Of a stretch of 64,000 nt of DNA, positions 61,378 through 64,000 are shown piece after piece. The notes below the pieces were generated by a model, which made no database searches, was not told the DNA's origin, and worked only from the letters and a program-made list of their open reading frames with translations. Position 1 is the first letter of the stretch, and each line of letters opens with the position of its first letter. The DNA lies in contig OX597830.1 of NCBI GenBank assembly GCA_951406725.2, positions 35,588,001 through 35,652,000 on the forward strand, read 5' to 3'. The translations under genes and the position numbers were made by a program. The stretch comes from Octopus vulgaris. Taxonomy: Eukaryota.

Positions 61378-61705
61378 AGACACATGGCTTAGTAGTTAGG
61401 GTATACAGCTTACGATTGTGTGGTCGTAAAGCCGATTAAAGGTGGTGCTGTGTGTCTTTGACCAAGGCACATTATTTCTCGTTGCTTCAGTTCACTCAAC
61501 TGGCAAAGAGGAGCAGTACTTGTAATTCAAAGGGCCGGCATTGTCACATTCTGTGTTACAGTGAATCTCCCTGAGAACTGCATTATGAAAGAGTGCGCGT
61601 ATCTGTGAAGCCCTCAGCCACTTGAACGTTCATTTCACGAGCCGACTGTTCCATTGATCGGATCGACTGTAGCCATTGTCGTCGTAACAGACGGAGTGCC
61701 TGTTG
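61378..61705 (+). mobile_element. Degenerate SINE related to family C
   Basis: ttcaaagggcc..cattgtcaca...gaatctccctgagaact...tttcacgagc..ctgttcc.ttgatcggatc...gtcgtaac.gacggagtgcc. Confidence 0.8.
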
Positions 61706-62326
61706 TAGGCATATCTATATAAAGCTGTTAGAGGGAATGAAGCCGTTGGGTGTTAGAGATCATTTTAAATTATGATTTTTGCCTGCGTAAAATCCTTTGG
61801 GAGGTACATTATCAGCAGACGTCGATAGAGAAATGCCGTGGCCACATAGTTTTCGGACTTCAATCGTCGAAGAATGGATTTAATCCTAAATAATTCTTCC
61901 AGGGTATCAAAGAAATAGAAAATAAATTTACAATCTTCTGGCTCGTTGTCGAAAGAAAAAGCAATTTTAAAAACTTATACACTCTAAAGCATTGTTCACA
62001 TAGTTTAATCACTTCTTGGAACTATGTACAGATTTAATTATGATACGCACAGAAGAAAAACCATGAATTTTCCCTTGAAAGAAGAATTATTCAAAGATAA
62101 TTATTCTTTGAACCCCAAAGAATATTAATGTAGAATTTACAAAGACCATATTGAAAAATTTAAAGTTTCGTACAGGTTCCTTTCATTTTAAATACCAAGT
62201 ACCGAAGCATTTACTATAAAAATCAGGTTTATTGCAATCGTTACGTTCATAGATTCGTATTCGGTTAGATATACATGCAAACGCATACGCGCGCACACAT
62301 ATTTATGGAAGTATATCTATATTTCC

Positions 62327-62372
<46 letters not shown>

Positions 62373-62549
62373 ATGTAGATTGTAGAGTAATATATATTTA
62401 CATAACATAATTGAAAACCGGTGCTTGAAGTGAAAATCACAAAATCACAATACATATTATATAGTAAATTGTACAACACCGCTCATAATATATACAAATG
62501 TGTGTACCGCCTGCGTATGTGTGTATGTACATGTAGTTTTATATATAAA

Positions 62550-62600
<51 letters not shown>

Positions 62601-62725
62601 TTATATATATGTATATACATATATTTATATACAAATAAACACACTCATATATGAATATATATGCATATATTACATACGTACATATATAGACATTAACTCA
62701 CAGACGTACACACAGGCATACACAC

Positions 62726-62780
<55 letters not shown>

Positions 62781-64000
62781 TATAAATACTACCCTGGTGA
62801 TTGATCATTCGCTTGAATGAGCACATTTTGTGCAAGAATGTTCCACAATATAAATAAGATGGGTATGTCGTGTCACATCTTACATCACTGGATATGTTAT
62901 ATCAGCGAAGACTCTCTGGATACATGTTAACTGTCTTTGCATAAATCTCCACTCACTCGGACACCTCTGGTAAATATATCAAGATCATCTTACAACGCCT
63001 TTAAATCCTCTTAAATCTTAAGTTTCTGCCTTTGTTTTTCTATATGTATGTGGGTTTATTTGTCTGTATTCACTCACTAATCTGTGCCTGTGTCTACGTA
63101 CGTGTTAGCGTGTGTGTGAGCGTGTGTGTGAGTGTGTATGCGCAGCGCACGGGTGTGTACACGAACGAGGAATATCAATATCGTATAGCTGTTAATGGTG
63201 ATATAACACTATCCACGAAACCTGTGTTGTTTGTGAAACTATGTATTTGTACTTGGAAAGTTCGTCTCCAAGGTGCAGGCCTGGTTAAGAGTATTTTCTT
63301 TAAGAAGACCATCAGTCGATCTTGCATATAATTTTCTTCAGTTACACATTACTAATGCTGCCAATACAAAAACAAAACTAGAGAAAAAATATACAAAGGC
63401 TAATCTTGATATCTAACTTAACGTGGAAGTTGTGTTCGAACACACACTATTGCCTTACTAACAGAGGATCTCAAAAGGATGCATGATACATGAGAGCACT
63501 CGTAATCGTATTGTTGACAGGCGAGGATCATCTACTTCGGGTGCCGGAACTGCCAGATCTCCCGATTTCACCCTACTAAGGATTCGTCAGTAACATTTGT
63601 CCAGCAGCTCGATAACAGCCGAATCTCCCTTGAGTGATATATTTACCTTGAGAGGATCTCTTTATGCACCACGAGTTTTTATCATAGATCTTCTCATGGT
63701 AACTACCGCAATAATCGGTGTTCTAATACAATCGCCACGCTAAGTTAGAGATCAAGGTTACCTCTTGGTATTAACACTGTTTCTGTTTTTCTTAAAATGT
63801 TTTTGCTTTTTTAAATATACAATTTGACCCTGACTTTGTCGTAGGTGTAAAGATCAGAACATAACGAGACAGCATAGATTCTGCTATGAATCCTATCCAA
63901 GACATCTTGGGATTACGATAACTCACGACTAATGGAATGGATTCGAGCTCCAGGTTCTGCAGCAAACACCATCGCTTATTCTTTCTGACGATTCAAAAAT

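Noticed and set aside
61700-64000. Possible decayed transposase or LINE pieces (for example MPWPHS near 61835, and 63400-64000)
   Set aside because: Too degenerate to assign without a homology search.

Overview
AT-rich, microsatellite-saturated eukaryotic intergenic or intronic DNA. The SINE families and repeat landscape suggest an octopus (coleoid cephalopod); this is an inference. No host protein-coding exon can be supported, and nearly all ORF-track entries are microsatellite artefacts. Supported content: a 5'-truncated Penelope-like retroelement (RT, Cys-rich linker, GIY-YIG; one frameshift) at the left edge; about 20 tRNA-derived SINEs of 3-4 families; three Tc1/mariner transposase relics and a mariner MITE; a non-autonomous Helitron; two R4/Dong-like RLE retrotransposon fragments in (TAA)n; a LINE 3' fragment; and a 28S rDNA fragment. 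The most striking signal is a set of about 10 short non-coding elements from at least 5 sequence families that carry minimal type I hammerhead ribozyme (HHR) motifs. Several are fold-backs, one is a 497-bp tandem (retrozyme-like) unit, and most end in (TA)n. They look like a Penelope-mobilised, microsatellite-targeted ribozyme mini-element system. Coordinates were read by eye and may be off by a few bases.
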